This document shows, piece by piece, positions 40,176 through 48,725 of a DNA stretch of 64,000 nt; position 1 is the first letter of the stretch; each line of letters begins with the position of its first letter. The DNA is from Nitrospirales bacterium. GTDB taxonomy: Bacteria; Nitrospirota; Nitrospiria; Nitrospirales; UBA8639. The stretch lies in contig OY729426.1 in the NCBI GenBank assembly GCA_963422365.1, positions 2,368,001 to 2,432,000 of the forward strand. Direction: 5' to 3'. The notes under the pieces are model-generated. The model saw only the letters and a list, made by a program, of their open reading frames with translations, had not been told where the DNA came from and searched no databases. Position numbers and translations under genes: made by a program.

Positions 40176-40670
40176 TTACGACGTCGGTGTCGCCATCCCG
40201 AAATAGCGGACCTTGATTGCTTCCATCAGAGCCACCGTGACTTCTGACATGCCTCTGTCCTGAGCCGTACGCTCCAATTCCACACGCGCCATCGCACGAA
40301 CCGGTCCTGGGATTCGGGATAAACGTCTCTCAGCATCAGGATGCCACGACACCGGCCCCTGGTTCCTAGCTTCCGTCATCAAACCAGTTGAAATCAATGT
40401 GATACTTTTTCGACCCGCATGGTTTTCCACCTCTTGCCGAACAAGAGGTTCCACATACGGTGGCAGCCGATCTAACCCCTGCTGGGCCTCATCAGTCCAG
40501 ACTGGGCGGTCAAACAACACACTTGCTTCTCGATTATCCGTTTCGATTCCTAACCGAAACCCACAATGTTCACAGCGATAACGAAGCAAGGTATGCACGT
40601 CATCCCATTCTTCAAGAGCCTCACATCGGAAATCAGAGCCACAGGTACACTGCATCACGCAACTACCCAA
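40176..40670 (-). CDS. Zinc-ribbon protein with two tandem PCP_red-like domains
   Basis: CTCG...CEHCG, then WTDEAQQGLDRLPPYV and WHPDAERRLSRIPGPVR repeats. Confidence 0.75.
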   Translation of the reverse strand: MGSCVMQCTCGSDFRCEALEEWDDVHTLLRYRCEHCGFRLGIETDNREASVLFDRPVWTDEAQQGLDRLPPYVEPLVRQEVENHAGRKSITLISTGLMTEARNQGPVSWHPDAERRLSRIPGPVRAMARVELERTAQDRGMSEVTVALMEAIKVRYFGMATPTS

Positions 40671-41379
40671 TTCTTCCAGGATACAAAATATACAGCATGG
40701 TATAGGTCATACTTCCAGTCACGAACAAGACGCAATACACCACCATGGTAAACCGTCCCAAGACTCGATGGCGTCGCGCACCATTCGGCCAAATGCGTTG
40801 TATGCTCACCTCAATTCCAAAAACAATGGCAATGAGAATGACGAGTCCGAGGTAGACGCTAAGTTTACCTACGGAAAATCCGCTCGCTGCCACGCGACTA
40901 ACAAATAACAGCAGCACAAGAGCCGTCACCCCACCCAATATGATCCCGATTTTTTTTCCGGTGGTTTGCAGGATGGCCTCTCGTAACTTTCGTTGGCCAT
41001 TGATAAAGGTCTGCGAGCGGAATCCCAGGACAATCATGTAAATGGCCATGACCAATCCGATCACGACCAAAATAATGTGAAAGGTTAAGAGGGGAATAAA
41101 CACATGATCATACAAAGCCTGGGAGCCACCGAACCCTTCTTTTCCTTCAAAGGCCAACACGCCAAGCTGACGAAATAAATAATAACTCGTGAAAAATGCC
41201 AACATGGCGATCATCCCACCCAGCATCAACCAATGGTGACCGCTCCCTTTACCTTTTTGGGCCTGCACCCATCCGACAAGAAACAGCACGGTGAATAACG
41301 TCGCCATCAATTGGCTGATATCAGCCCCTATTGTTGCATGCGTCCCGACAAACCCGGGTGCTTTTAACCATTCAGCCAT
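40663..41379 (-). CDS. DUF420-family membrane protein
   Basis: GW......G..HHWLM, FFTSYY, LTFHIIL, RRHRVLGR...LFVTG..TY.MLY. Confidence 0.8.
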   Translation of the reverse strand: MAEWLKAPGFVGTHATIGADISQLMATLFTVLFLVGWVQAQKGKGSGHHWLMLGGMIAMLAFFTSYYLFRQLGVLAFEGKEGFGGSQALYDHVFIPLLTFHIILVVIGLVMAIYMIVLGFRSQTFINGQRKLREAILQTTGKKIGIILGGVTALVLLLFVSRVAASGFSVGKLSVYLGLVILIAIVFGIEVSIQRIWPNGARRHRVLGRFTMVVYCVLFVTGSMTYTMLYILYPGRIG

Positions 41380-42408
41380 TTAATTCTCTCCTGGTTTGAT
41401 TCCCTGAACAATTGCCCGTGATTCCAGTTCTACGACAGATTCAAAGCCAGCCTGCGTCATCCAATCCATGACTTCTTGAGTCGTGAAACACTCCCCTTGT
41501 TCCGTATTGACCAGAATATGCACAGCAAACGCCGTGGTCCAAGCAGGACTCGTTCGGTCCGGGTCCAAAAACCGATCCTTTATCACCAACCGACCCGTTT
41601 CCGTGAGATGAGCAAATACTTTGTTCACCAACCCTGCATTGGTTTGAGAATTTTGGTAATGGAGAACGTCAGACAAGAACACCAGATCATAGAGGCCACC
41701 CAATGAATCCGTATTGAAATTTCCTGGCATTAGGGCAATACGGTCTTCCAGCCCGGCTTCCTTAATAGACCGTTCAGTCACCTGGAGGGTTGAAGGGAGA
41801 TCAAACACTGTGGCGTTGAGATGGGGATATTCCCGACAAAATGCAATCGCATTTGTCCCGGCTCCCCCTCCAACATCAAGCACACGTTCAACTCCATCCA
41901 GTTGCAAAAACTTCGCGAGGTTGACTCCACTCCCTCGGCCAATCCGATCCAACACCGCCAACACGTTGGCGGCCATTTCCGGGTCGGTTTCAAATACATG
42001 CTGACGGACCGGAGAAAGACCGGTTCGGATGGTATCTTCCAAGTTTCCCCAGTTCATCCATTCCGAATCGTGAAGAACCAGAAGGTGCCCGACGTAGTCA
42101 GGACTCGTTTTCACCAGATGTTTCCGGACGACTCTGGTATTAGAAAACTTCCCATCCTGTTTCGTTAAGATCCGCATCGCAACCAACGCATGTAATACGA
42201 GGCCCAACGCCCGTTCATCGAGAGATAATCGATGGGCTAAGTCAGAGAGAGCGTCAGCGTGACCATCTAAGGCTGAAAAAAGATCCAGCTTGATCGCCGT
42301 GAGGAGAATTTTCGTCTCCCAGTAGTACCCGATCTGAAATATTTCTGCGAGAGAGAGAGCCCGAGGCACAACATGTCCTTGAAATTTCGATGCGAGAAGC
42401 AAAAGCAT
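41380..42408 (-). CDS. SAM-dependent O-methyltransferase (dimerisation + Methyltransf_2)
   Basis: AIKLDLFS N-domain; VLDVGGGAG, VFDLP, GNF, SDVLH. Confidence 0.9.
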   Translation of the reverse strand: MLLLLASKFQGHVVPRALSLAEIFQIGYYWETKILLTAIKLDLFSALDGHADALSDLAHRLSLDERALGLVLHALVAMRILTKQDGKFSNTRVVRKHLVKTSPDYVGHLLVLHDSEWMNWGNLEDTIRTGLSPVRQHVFETDPEMAANVLAVLDRIGRGSGVNLAKFLQLDGVERVLDVGGGAGTNAIAFCREYPHLNATVFDLPSTLQVTERSIKEAGLEDRIALMPGNFNTDSLGGLYDLVFLSDVLHYQNSQTNAGLVNKVFAHLTETGRLVIKDRFLDPDRTSPAWTTAFAVHILVNTEQGECFTTQEVMDWMTQAGFESVVELESRAIVQGIKPGEN

Positions 42409-42493
42409 GTCCCGGGCCGTACCACAGGACCGTTTGAATCTGTCGAGATATTAGCGGGCTAGAACTGACGAACGCAAGGGAAGAGGCCACGAC

Positions 42494-42532
42494 AAAAAAC
42501 GGGCAGCAACGATGAGCCGCTGCTGCCCGTTT
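42494..42532 (-). terminator. Rho-independent terminator
   Basis: aaacgggcagca...tgctgcccgttt with a T6 tract on the minus strand, just past the stop at 42560. Confidence 0.7.
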
Positions 42533-42559
42533 CATTTTCCCAAAAACGAAAGGAGTCTC

Positions 42560-43354
42560 TTACTGTTTAAACTTATTTTTCTTTTTGATGTCGAAGTTCG
42601 CTTCAGCGGTCGCGCCATCTTTGACTTCGACTTCCATCGTCACATTTCCAGCCACTGGATGCCAAGCTAAGACTTTGTGCTTGCCTGCGGGGACATCTGT
42701 AATTTCAAAAGACCCGTCGCCACCGGACATGCCAAAATGGGCATTGGTCACGGGCAAGAACCACGCTTGCATAAATTCATGCTGGTCACATTGTAACCGA
42801 AGGACGGAACCTTTTCTGGCCATACGCATCTTGATTTTCTTGTCAAGCCTGTCGCCCTTTTTCGCCAACCCAATATTGAACAGGGTCGAAGATTTGGCAC
42901 CAAGCACGTCAAAGCTATGGGGATTATGCAACACCCCTTCTTTAGACTTGGGATCATTGAGATCCGCATCGCCATTTTCCACGATAAAGTTCCCTTTGTT
43001 CACCAACACCCCGGTAAAGGGTAAGAACTCACACAGCTTAGCCATCACTTCCGGCGTAGACTTAAAGCCTTTGTCTTTAATGCCGCGAACCGATACGATT
43101 GCATTTTTAAGCCCTTTGTTCGCATCTACTTCGACTTCTTTCAACAAACGCGTATCATCCCCTTCTTGGCTGGGATTTTGTTTGCAGAAGGCTGGATTGG
43201 GAAATTTGGAAAAGGCAAATGTCTTGGGCGGAATTGGTTTGCCAGAATATATGACTTTGCCTTTAATCATTCCGCCGGCTTGGGCAATCAGTGGCATTGC
43301 ACACAGCAACCCACCAAGGAAGACAGACAAAGTAAGCGAGCGACGATTCATCAT
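42560..43354 (-). CDS. Secreted MauL-like cupredoxin / carboxypeptidase-regulatory-like domain protein
   Basis: Signal peptide; G.IKGKV, CEF.P, LHNPH, CDQHEFMQAW, DGSFEITDVPAG....AWHP. Confidence 0.8.
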   Translation of the reverse strand: MMNRRSLTLSVFLGGLLCAMPLIAQAGGMIKGKVIYSGKPIPPKTFAFSKFPNPAFCKQNPSQEGDDTRLLKEVEVDANKGLKNAIVSVRGIKDKGFKSTPEVMAKLCEFLPFTGVLVNKGNFIVENGDADLNDPKSKEGVLHNPHSFDVLGAKSSTLFNIGLAKKGDRLDKKIKMRMARKGSVLRLQCDQHEFMQAWFLPVTNAHFGMSGGDGSFEITDVPAGKHKVLAWHPVAGNVTMEVEVKDGATAEANFDIKKKNKFKQ

Positions 43355-43489
43355 GATATTCCTCCTAATCTTGAGAATAGTTTTTGTGCGAGTCAGGGAG
43401 AAAACATGACGTCTTTTAACTCCCTGGCCGCCTCAAATTCGTGCTGCAGGCGAGAAATGCCTCGATCTTCTTGAACGCAACCATTTCTG

Positions 43490-43518
43490 TTTATAGCAAC
43501 ATGACATGGGGGTGTCAA
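43490..43518 (-). promoter_or_regulatory. Sigma70 promoter with extended -10
   Basis: Minus strand TTGACA-17 bp-TATAAA with TG at the extended position. Confidence 0.7.
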
Positions 43519-43558
43519 GTCTACCTCTCTCGGATCATATTTGTTGCGTTACGCTGCA

Positions 43559-45514
43559 TTAGCGGGCCTTGAAGTCTGACGTGTCATCGCTCGTCGAGAA
43601 GGGGTTCTGTACCTCCGTCAGTGCGATGAACACTTCTTGGAAACGGTCTGGCAACTCATCAGCCCGTGCAATAGGGCTAGAGCATAATCTCTCGGTGCAC
43701 ACGTACGCCAACGGGCCGGACACCTTCGGAAACGTGACCTCGCCGAGCGCAAGAGAATCGACGCGGGGATCCAGAAACCGGACTATTTTCCCGGGAACAT
43801 AGAACGCTAAGCTTTGGAGAAACAGGGATTGGGCTTCAACAGTAGATTTTTCACCCACGACCACAATATGAACGGGATATTGCAGGAACCGATTGATGGC
43901 ACGACCGGTTTGGGCTATTGGCAACGGACCGGCCCGACCCACGAGAAATTGAAGAACATTGCGGGCTTTGTCCCGATACAGCATGTTCCGGGTGAGGTAA
44001 AACAAGTCGGAAAAAACCATGGACAGTGCGGCATTCACCTCAAGGTCTTTATGAGGAAATTTCAGTAATCCCAAAGAGCCCTCCCCCGACATCCGATCAA
44101 AAAACCCCCATGCCTGTGGATCTTCAAGCAGGTGGACGGCGTCATCCACGACTGTCTTTGCCTGTTCCAGATAGAGGGATGCACCGGTGGTCAAAAAGGC
44201 TTCGAGCAAGGCTTCCGCAAAGAAGACCTGGTCCGCGAGTAACCCGAATCCCTGCGGGTGACCCTTCTGAGCCAGATGCGCCAAGCCACGCCCAGGTTGA
44301 TAGCGTTCTTTGTACAGCCGCTGAAGCGTTTTAAGGGCAAACTCCCGCGCCTGAGAATTTCCTATGGCTTGATCGACCTTGAGATACGCCGTGGCCATTA
44401 ACCCGTTCCAATCGGTCAAGATCGTCCGGTCAATAGAGGGGATGCCAATGGCCAGCCGCTCTGCTTCGTTCAGAGCAAAAAACGTGTCTCCCGCAATGGC
44501 GGTACCGGAACCAAGGACCTTTCGAACATCCGCATCCTGACTGGCGTAAAAGCCTCCATGCTCTCGATCCGAAAGAAACCGCATCACGTACTGCATCGTC
44601 CCTTCAACGACCTTGCGATATTGGGCTAGACCGGTGAGTTGGTACGCCTCCAGATAATTGAGCAGATTGGATGCTTGACCTGGCAACATCTTTTCATAAT
44701 GCGGGTTTGACCAATCAGCCGCCCCGGCATACCGGAAAAATCCACCCCAGACCGGATCATAGAGTTTCAACTGTTGATCCAGCGTGAACAACGCCATCTG
44801 CTGAAACTCCGAATCGTGACGCCAAAAATGATGCGAAAAGGCCAACTCAATGGCCTCAGGTTCAAAAAATTTGGGGGCATCTCGAAACCCACCATGCACC
44901 TGGTCATACTGCTCCTTCATCGCGTCGAGAATTTGGCCGACCATCACGGGGTGGAGGGGACCACGAGGCTGTACACTTGCCCTTCTGGCGGTTTCCACCT
45001 TTTCCCACACGTTCGCTGCCTGTTGGATCACGTCTCGCTTATTTTCTCGATAAAAAGAAGCCGACACGCGCAAGGCTTCAAGCATTGCGTCCGGAGCTAA
45101 GACATTCGCTTGAAAGAGAATTTCTCCGGAAGGGAGCAGAACACTGGTGGTTGGCCACCCGCCATGTCTATACCGAGCCGCAATATCCGGACGCTGATCG
45201 GTTTCGACTCTGACAGGGATAAATTCGGCATTCAGCAGCTTGGCCACCGTGGGATCGACATACGTCGTCTCATCCATCACGTGGCAGGCATGACACCACA
45301 CGGCCGTCAGATCAAGCAGAATCAGCTTGTCTTCAGCTTGAGCACGATCAAACGCCTTGGCTCCCCAGCCTAACCATTGGATAGCCGATGAAGAGAGCAC
45401 GGATGTCTCACTCGCTGCTACGGGAGTGGGCAGCACGGCAATCATGCACACACACAGGAGGTGACGAATGACTTGGGGCACATGAAGACGGCAAACCGGA
45501 GAAGGATGCATCAC
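43559..45514 (-). CDS. YyaL/DUF255 thioredoxin-like + alpha/alpha-toroid protein, apparently exported
   Basis: AFDRAQAEDKLI, WCHACHVM, GGWPT, GGF..APKF, PHYEKML, GGFYASQDAD, DWNGL. Confidence 0.88.
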   Translation of the reverse strand: MMHPSPVCRLHVPQVIRHLLCVCMIAVLPTPVAASETSVLSSSAIQWLGWGAKAFDRAQAEDKLILLDLTAVWCHACHVMDETTYVDPTVAKLLNAEFIPVRVETDQRPDIAARYRHGGWPTTSVLLPSGEILFQANVLAPDAMLEALRVSASFYRENKRDVIQQAANVWEKVETARRASVQPRGPLHPVMVGQILDAMKEQYDQVHGGFRDAPKFFEPEAIELAFSHHFWRHDSEFQQMALFTLDQQLKLYDPVWGGFFRYAGAADWSNPHYEKMLPGQASNLLNYLEAYQLTGLAQYRKVVEGTMQYVMRFLSDREHGGFYASQDADVRKVLGSGTAIAGDTFFALNEAERLAIGIPSIDRTILTDWNGLMATAYLKVDQAIGNSQAREFALKTLQRLYKERYQPGRGLAHLAQKGHPQGFGLLADQVFFAEALLEAFLTTGASLYLEQAKTVVDDAVHLLEDPQAWGFFDRMSGEGSLGLLKFPHKDLEVNAALSMVFSDLFYLTRNMLYRDKARNVLQFLVGRAGPLPIAQTGRAINRFLQYPVHIVVVGEKSTVEAQSLFLQSLAFYVPGKIVRFLDPRVDSLALGEVTFPKVSGPLAYVCTERLCSSPIARADELPDRFQEVFIALTEVQNPFSTSDDTSDFKAR

Positions 45515-45553
45515 CCGACTATTCTATACCAACGACGTTGATAATGTCTCATA

Positions 45554-45728
45554 CTGGATTTCTGTTTTTCACGGGAATGACGTTATGTCGTCCTGGATTC
45601 CCGCCCCAGATCCCCATTATCAGGGCACGGGCCAAGGAGACGCCTTATGGCACTTTCTTCTCCTTCTTTTGTAGCAGCGGGATCTCATCCCGCCCTCTTC
45701 TTGGCCGCATGAAATGCGGCCCTGCAAC
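45554..45728. repeat. Degenerate REP-like palindromic elements
   Basis: ctggatt...cgggaatgacg plus a partial second ctggattcccgc. Also an inverted pair of GT(A/T)GCAG-stem-loop units (gcgggat/atcccgc; ggccgcat/atgcggcc). Confidence 0.45.
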
Positions 45729-45770
45729 TTCAGGAGGTTGGAAGTGCAAACGGTTTCTGAACTCATATCT

Positions 45771-47138
45771 TCAGGCTTCAGGTGGAAAGAAGAGGATACG
45801 CGCAACAGCTCCTGCTGCAGTGGCCCGTACGGATTCGTTCGAATCTTTCAGGAGATTTTTGAGATGGGGGATCATCTCTCGTCCACCCACTCTGCCCAAT
45901 GATCTGGCTGCTGAAATTCGAGGTGTTGGCACGGGGTCATTGAGCAGGAGGAGTAAGGGACCCATAACGTCACGGGCTCGCCCATGCCCCAACGCTTTCG
46001 CCACAGAGGAACGCAGGCCTGGATTTTGTTGCCCCATTAAATCCCGCACGGTTCCGACCACGACACGAAAGGGGCTCTGCAATTGAAGTAATCCTGCGAC
46101 TGCTGCCGCCCGCACGCCCCTATTGCGATCATGCAAGGTCCGCGTTAATGAAGAAACCGACTCTTCGGCCTTAAGCTTCCCTAACGTCACGGCAGCCACG
46201 CTTCGAACGGCTGGGACAGGGTCAGAGAGTGCGTCGAGCAAGAAGGGGGCGCCTTCGAGCAGACCGAGCTTTCCCAGCGAGGCTGCCGCCGCCGCGCGAA
46301 TCGATGGCTGTTGATCTCGAAGGCCTTGCTTGAGAAGCGGCAACCCTTTGGGATCCCCCATGTCGCCAAGCATCCGCAACGCTGCCCCTCGTTCATACCC
46401 CTCTGGCACATTGGTGGCCTGTTCCACCGTGTGCCAGTGTTCTTTTTGACCGAGTCGATATAATGCCGCTGCCGCCGCAACCCGCACGACTCCTTGCTCA
46501 TCCTGTAGCAAAGGGGTGATAAGAGGAATGGACGCAGAGTCTCCGAACCAACCAAGGGCTTGTAAGACCGTCACCTTGACTAACCCCGCTTGATCATTGA
46601 GCGCGCCACGAAAGGTTTCCGATTGGGCGACAATCGGAAACTTTCCCATGCCCTCGGCGACCAACACCCGAATCATGCCTGACCTGTCGCTGAGCCCATC
46701 CTGAAAGTATGAGACAACTTTGTCCGAAGGAATCTCTTTTAACGCTGAATAAGCCGCCCCTCTCACCTGCTCACGCATATCCGACCGAAGGGGGAGAATA
46801 CTGTGGACGGCGAGCTCTCGAAAAAGCAATTCATCCTCCCTGCCCGTAGCCTCTACGAATTGATGATAGGCATCGATGCCCTCAGTGGTTTTCCCAAGAC
46901 GCACCAAACTCAGCATGTTGAACCGGGAAGAAACTCGGAGAAATTGTGCATCGCCAAGGAGGGGCTCAACGAGTTCTATGGTTCTCTGGAAATCACCTTG
47001 CTCAAACGCCTGTTTGGCAAGGCTGACGATCTGCTCACGAGACGTATCGGCTTTCCCTGTACCCGTTCCACCCATCAACAAAACACTACAGGCAACACCC
47101 GCGAACACCGCTCTCCATTTCCACATCGTCACCATCAC
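45771..47138 (-). CDS. Secreted HEAT/PBS-lyase repeat protein
   Basis: Signal peptide; repeated L.D....VR.AAA.ALG units. Confidence 0.9.
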   Translation of the reverse strand: MMVTMWKWRAVFAGVACSVLLMGGTGTGKADTSREQIVSLAKQAFEQGDFQRTIELVEPLLGDAQFLRVSSRFNMLSLVRLGKTTEGIDAYHQFVEATGREDELLFRELAVHSILPLRSDMREQVRGAAYSALKEIPSDKVVSYFQDGLSDRSGMIRVLVAEGMGKFPIVAQSETFRGALNDQAGLVKVTVLQALGWFGDSASIPLITPLLQDEQGVVRVAAAAALYRLGQKEHWHTVEQATNVPEGYERGAALRMLGDMGDPKGLPLLKQGLRDQQPSIRAAAAASLGKLGLLEGAPFLLDALSDPVPAVRSVAAVTLGKLKAEESVSSLTRTLHDRNRGVRAAAVAGLLQLQSPFRVVVGTVRDLMGQQNPGLRSSVAKALGHGRARDVMGPLLLLLNDPVPTPRISAARSLGRVGGREMIPHLKNLLKDSNESVRATAAGAVARILFFPPEA

Positions 47139-47798
47139 TTATCCCTCATCGACCTGCTTTTCGGTCGCTTGAAATTTTCGATACCCTAACGGGGTTTCAA
47201 AATAATACTCCGGTTGTCTCAAGAGAACGACTCGACCATATTCTACCGACCAATCTCGATCTTGACTCACTAATTTTAACAACAACTGTCGCGATTCATC
47301 GACCCACTTATAATAGGTCTCCCGACGGTCGTCACGAGCGACCACCACTTCATACAACGTGGCCTCCTGGTCGCCAACCATGGCATCGCCGATCCGAGAT
47401 CTGGACACCTCACCTTCCAACGTAACCGACAGGGGAAGAACAGAGTCTAAGGTCAACGGAACCTCCATCACGAGACGTCGTTGAGAAAGGATATACCACA
47501 CCTGCTGCCTATCCAGCCGGACAATCGTGACCATGGCATATCCCAAATCCGTTTTGATCCCTCCCCGGTGTTCAATCCGGTAGCGATGACCTTTCACAAA
47601 TAATTGAGCATGTGAGGTTTTTCCACCAGTGCGCCACGTCATACGGGCTGAAAATTCTAAATCCCGCAGTGTCTGAACACCTACACCGGAAGCCTGAACA
47701 TCGGAAAGGTAGAAAAGGCAACCGGATAACAAACACGCGAAAAAAGGAAGGAGCCGATACCACCCCGTTAGGGTTGTACGGAATACTCTGACAACCAT
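47139..47798 (-). CDS. Secreted hypothetical protein (DUF4412/LolA-like beta fold possible)
   Basis: Signal peptide; FSARM...LFVKG.RYRIE...TIVRLD...FETPLGY pattern. Confidence 0.65.
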   Translation of the reverse strand: MVVRVFRTTLTGWYRLLPFFACLLSGCLFYLSDVQASGVGVQTLRDLEFSARMTWRTGGKTSHAQLFVKGHRYRIEHRGGIKTDLGYAMVTIVRLDRQQVWYILSQRRLVMEVPLTLDSVLPLSVTLEGEVSRSRIGDAMVGDQEATLYEVVVARDDRRETYYKWVDESRQLLLKLVSQDRDWSVEYGRVVLLRQPEYYFETPLGYRKFQATEKQVDEG

Positions 47799-47801
47799 AC
47801 G

Positions 47802-48716
47802 TTACTGACGCTCAAGAAGGGGCTCGATCGTGAATTCTCGACCCAACGCTGCAGGAGTAAATCGTGGAGGCGTTCGAACCGTGAGAGCCGTCTTTCGTCG
47901 TCCCGGCGAGGGCAACTGAAAATCGATTGTAAAGGTGACTCCTCGCTGAATGGTCACTTTCTTCTTCATGACCTGCTTAAGACCGGGATGCCACGCCCGC
48001 AGGTCATACGTCCCAGAGGGAATGTCTTCAATGGAAAACCGCCCGTTCTCGTCAGTCAGAACGTAGTACGGATTGTCCACGGCGATTGCCCAGCTTTCCA
48101 TATATGCATGAAACCCGCATTGCATGACAAACGTTCGGCGTTTTTTGCTCAACTGGAATTGTCGAACTAACGACTCTCCAGGTCTATGGTCATGGGCCGC
48201 ATGTAAATCGCCTCGCCGATGACGGTGGTTAAAGGAAAGAGGTGAATTAAACAGCACTCTGGTCCCCATTTCGGTCGAGGTCTCGTAGGCCTGAATATCA
48301 TGCATCACAGGATCCATATTCACCACTTCGACGCCATGCCCACTTCTCACAACAGTCGTAAAGGGCAGAAATCGACAATCCCGCGCTTCCACGCGTGGAA
48401 CGGAAAGCGAGAACGGTTTCCCTTCCTTGACCCCTTCTAATAAGACGACCACGTCCTTGACCTGCCCTTGCTCGTTCACAAGAAAATCTCGAAGGAGTCG
48501 CCAACCATGACCGTTGGATATACGTCCACAATATTCAGGGTCAGGGAAAATGACCAAATTATAGGCCTTCGGATCCGGCACCGATCCCGAAAGGGTGACC
48601 GTCCCTCGAACCGTTCCGCCATTGGCCATCTCGTTCACTTCATAGCCCCAGAGTGAGGACGCCGAGCTTGAGAGGATCAGGGACATGCCGGTTATCAGAA
48701 AAACCTTCATCAACAC
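47802..48716 (-). CDS. Secreted MauL-like cupredoxin / carboxypeptidase-regulatory-like protein with His-rich loop
   Basis: Signal peptide; NMDPVMHDIQ, HRHRRGDLHAAHDH, CGFHAYMESW, AWHP. Confidence 0.82.
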   Translation of the reverse strand: MLMKVFLITGMSLILSSSASSLWGYEVNEMANGGTVRGTVTLSGSVPDPKAYNLVIFPDPEYCGRISNGHGWRLLRDFLVNEQGQVKDVVVLLEGVKEGKPFSLSVPRVEARDCRFLPFTTVVRSGHGVEVVNMDPVMHDIQAYETSTEMGTRVLFNSPLSFNHRHRRGDLHAAHDHRPGESLVRQFQLSKKRRTFVMQCGFHAYMESWAIAVDNPYYVLTDENGRFSIEDIPSGTYDLRAWHPGLKQVMKKKVTIQRGVTFTIDFQLPSPGRRKTALTVRTPPRFTPAALGREFTIEPLLERQ

Positions 48717-48725
48717 TCCAGAGAA

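Noticed and set aside
42585..43409. 274-aa plus-strand ORF
   Set aside because: Antisense shadow of the MauL-like gene.
45538..46086. 182-aa plus-strand ORF or tRNA in the 45.5-45.8 kb gap
   Set aside because: Overlaps the HEAT gene antisense; the hairpins do not form a cloverleaf.
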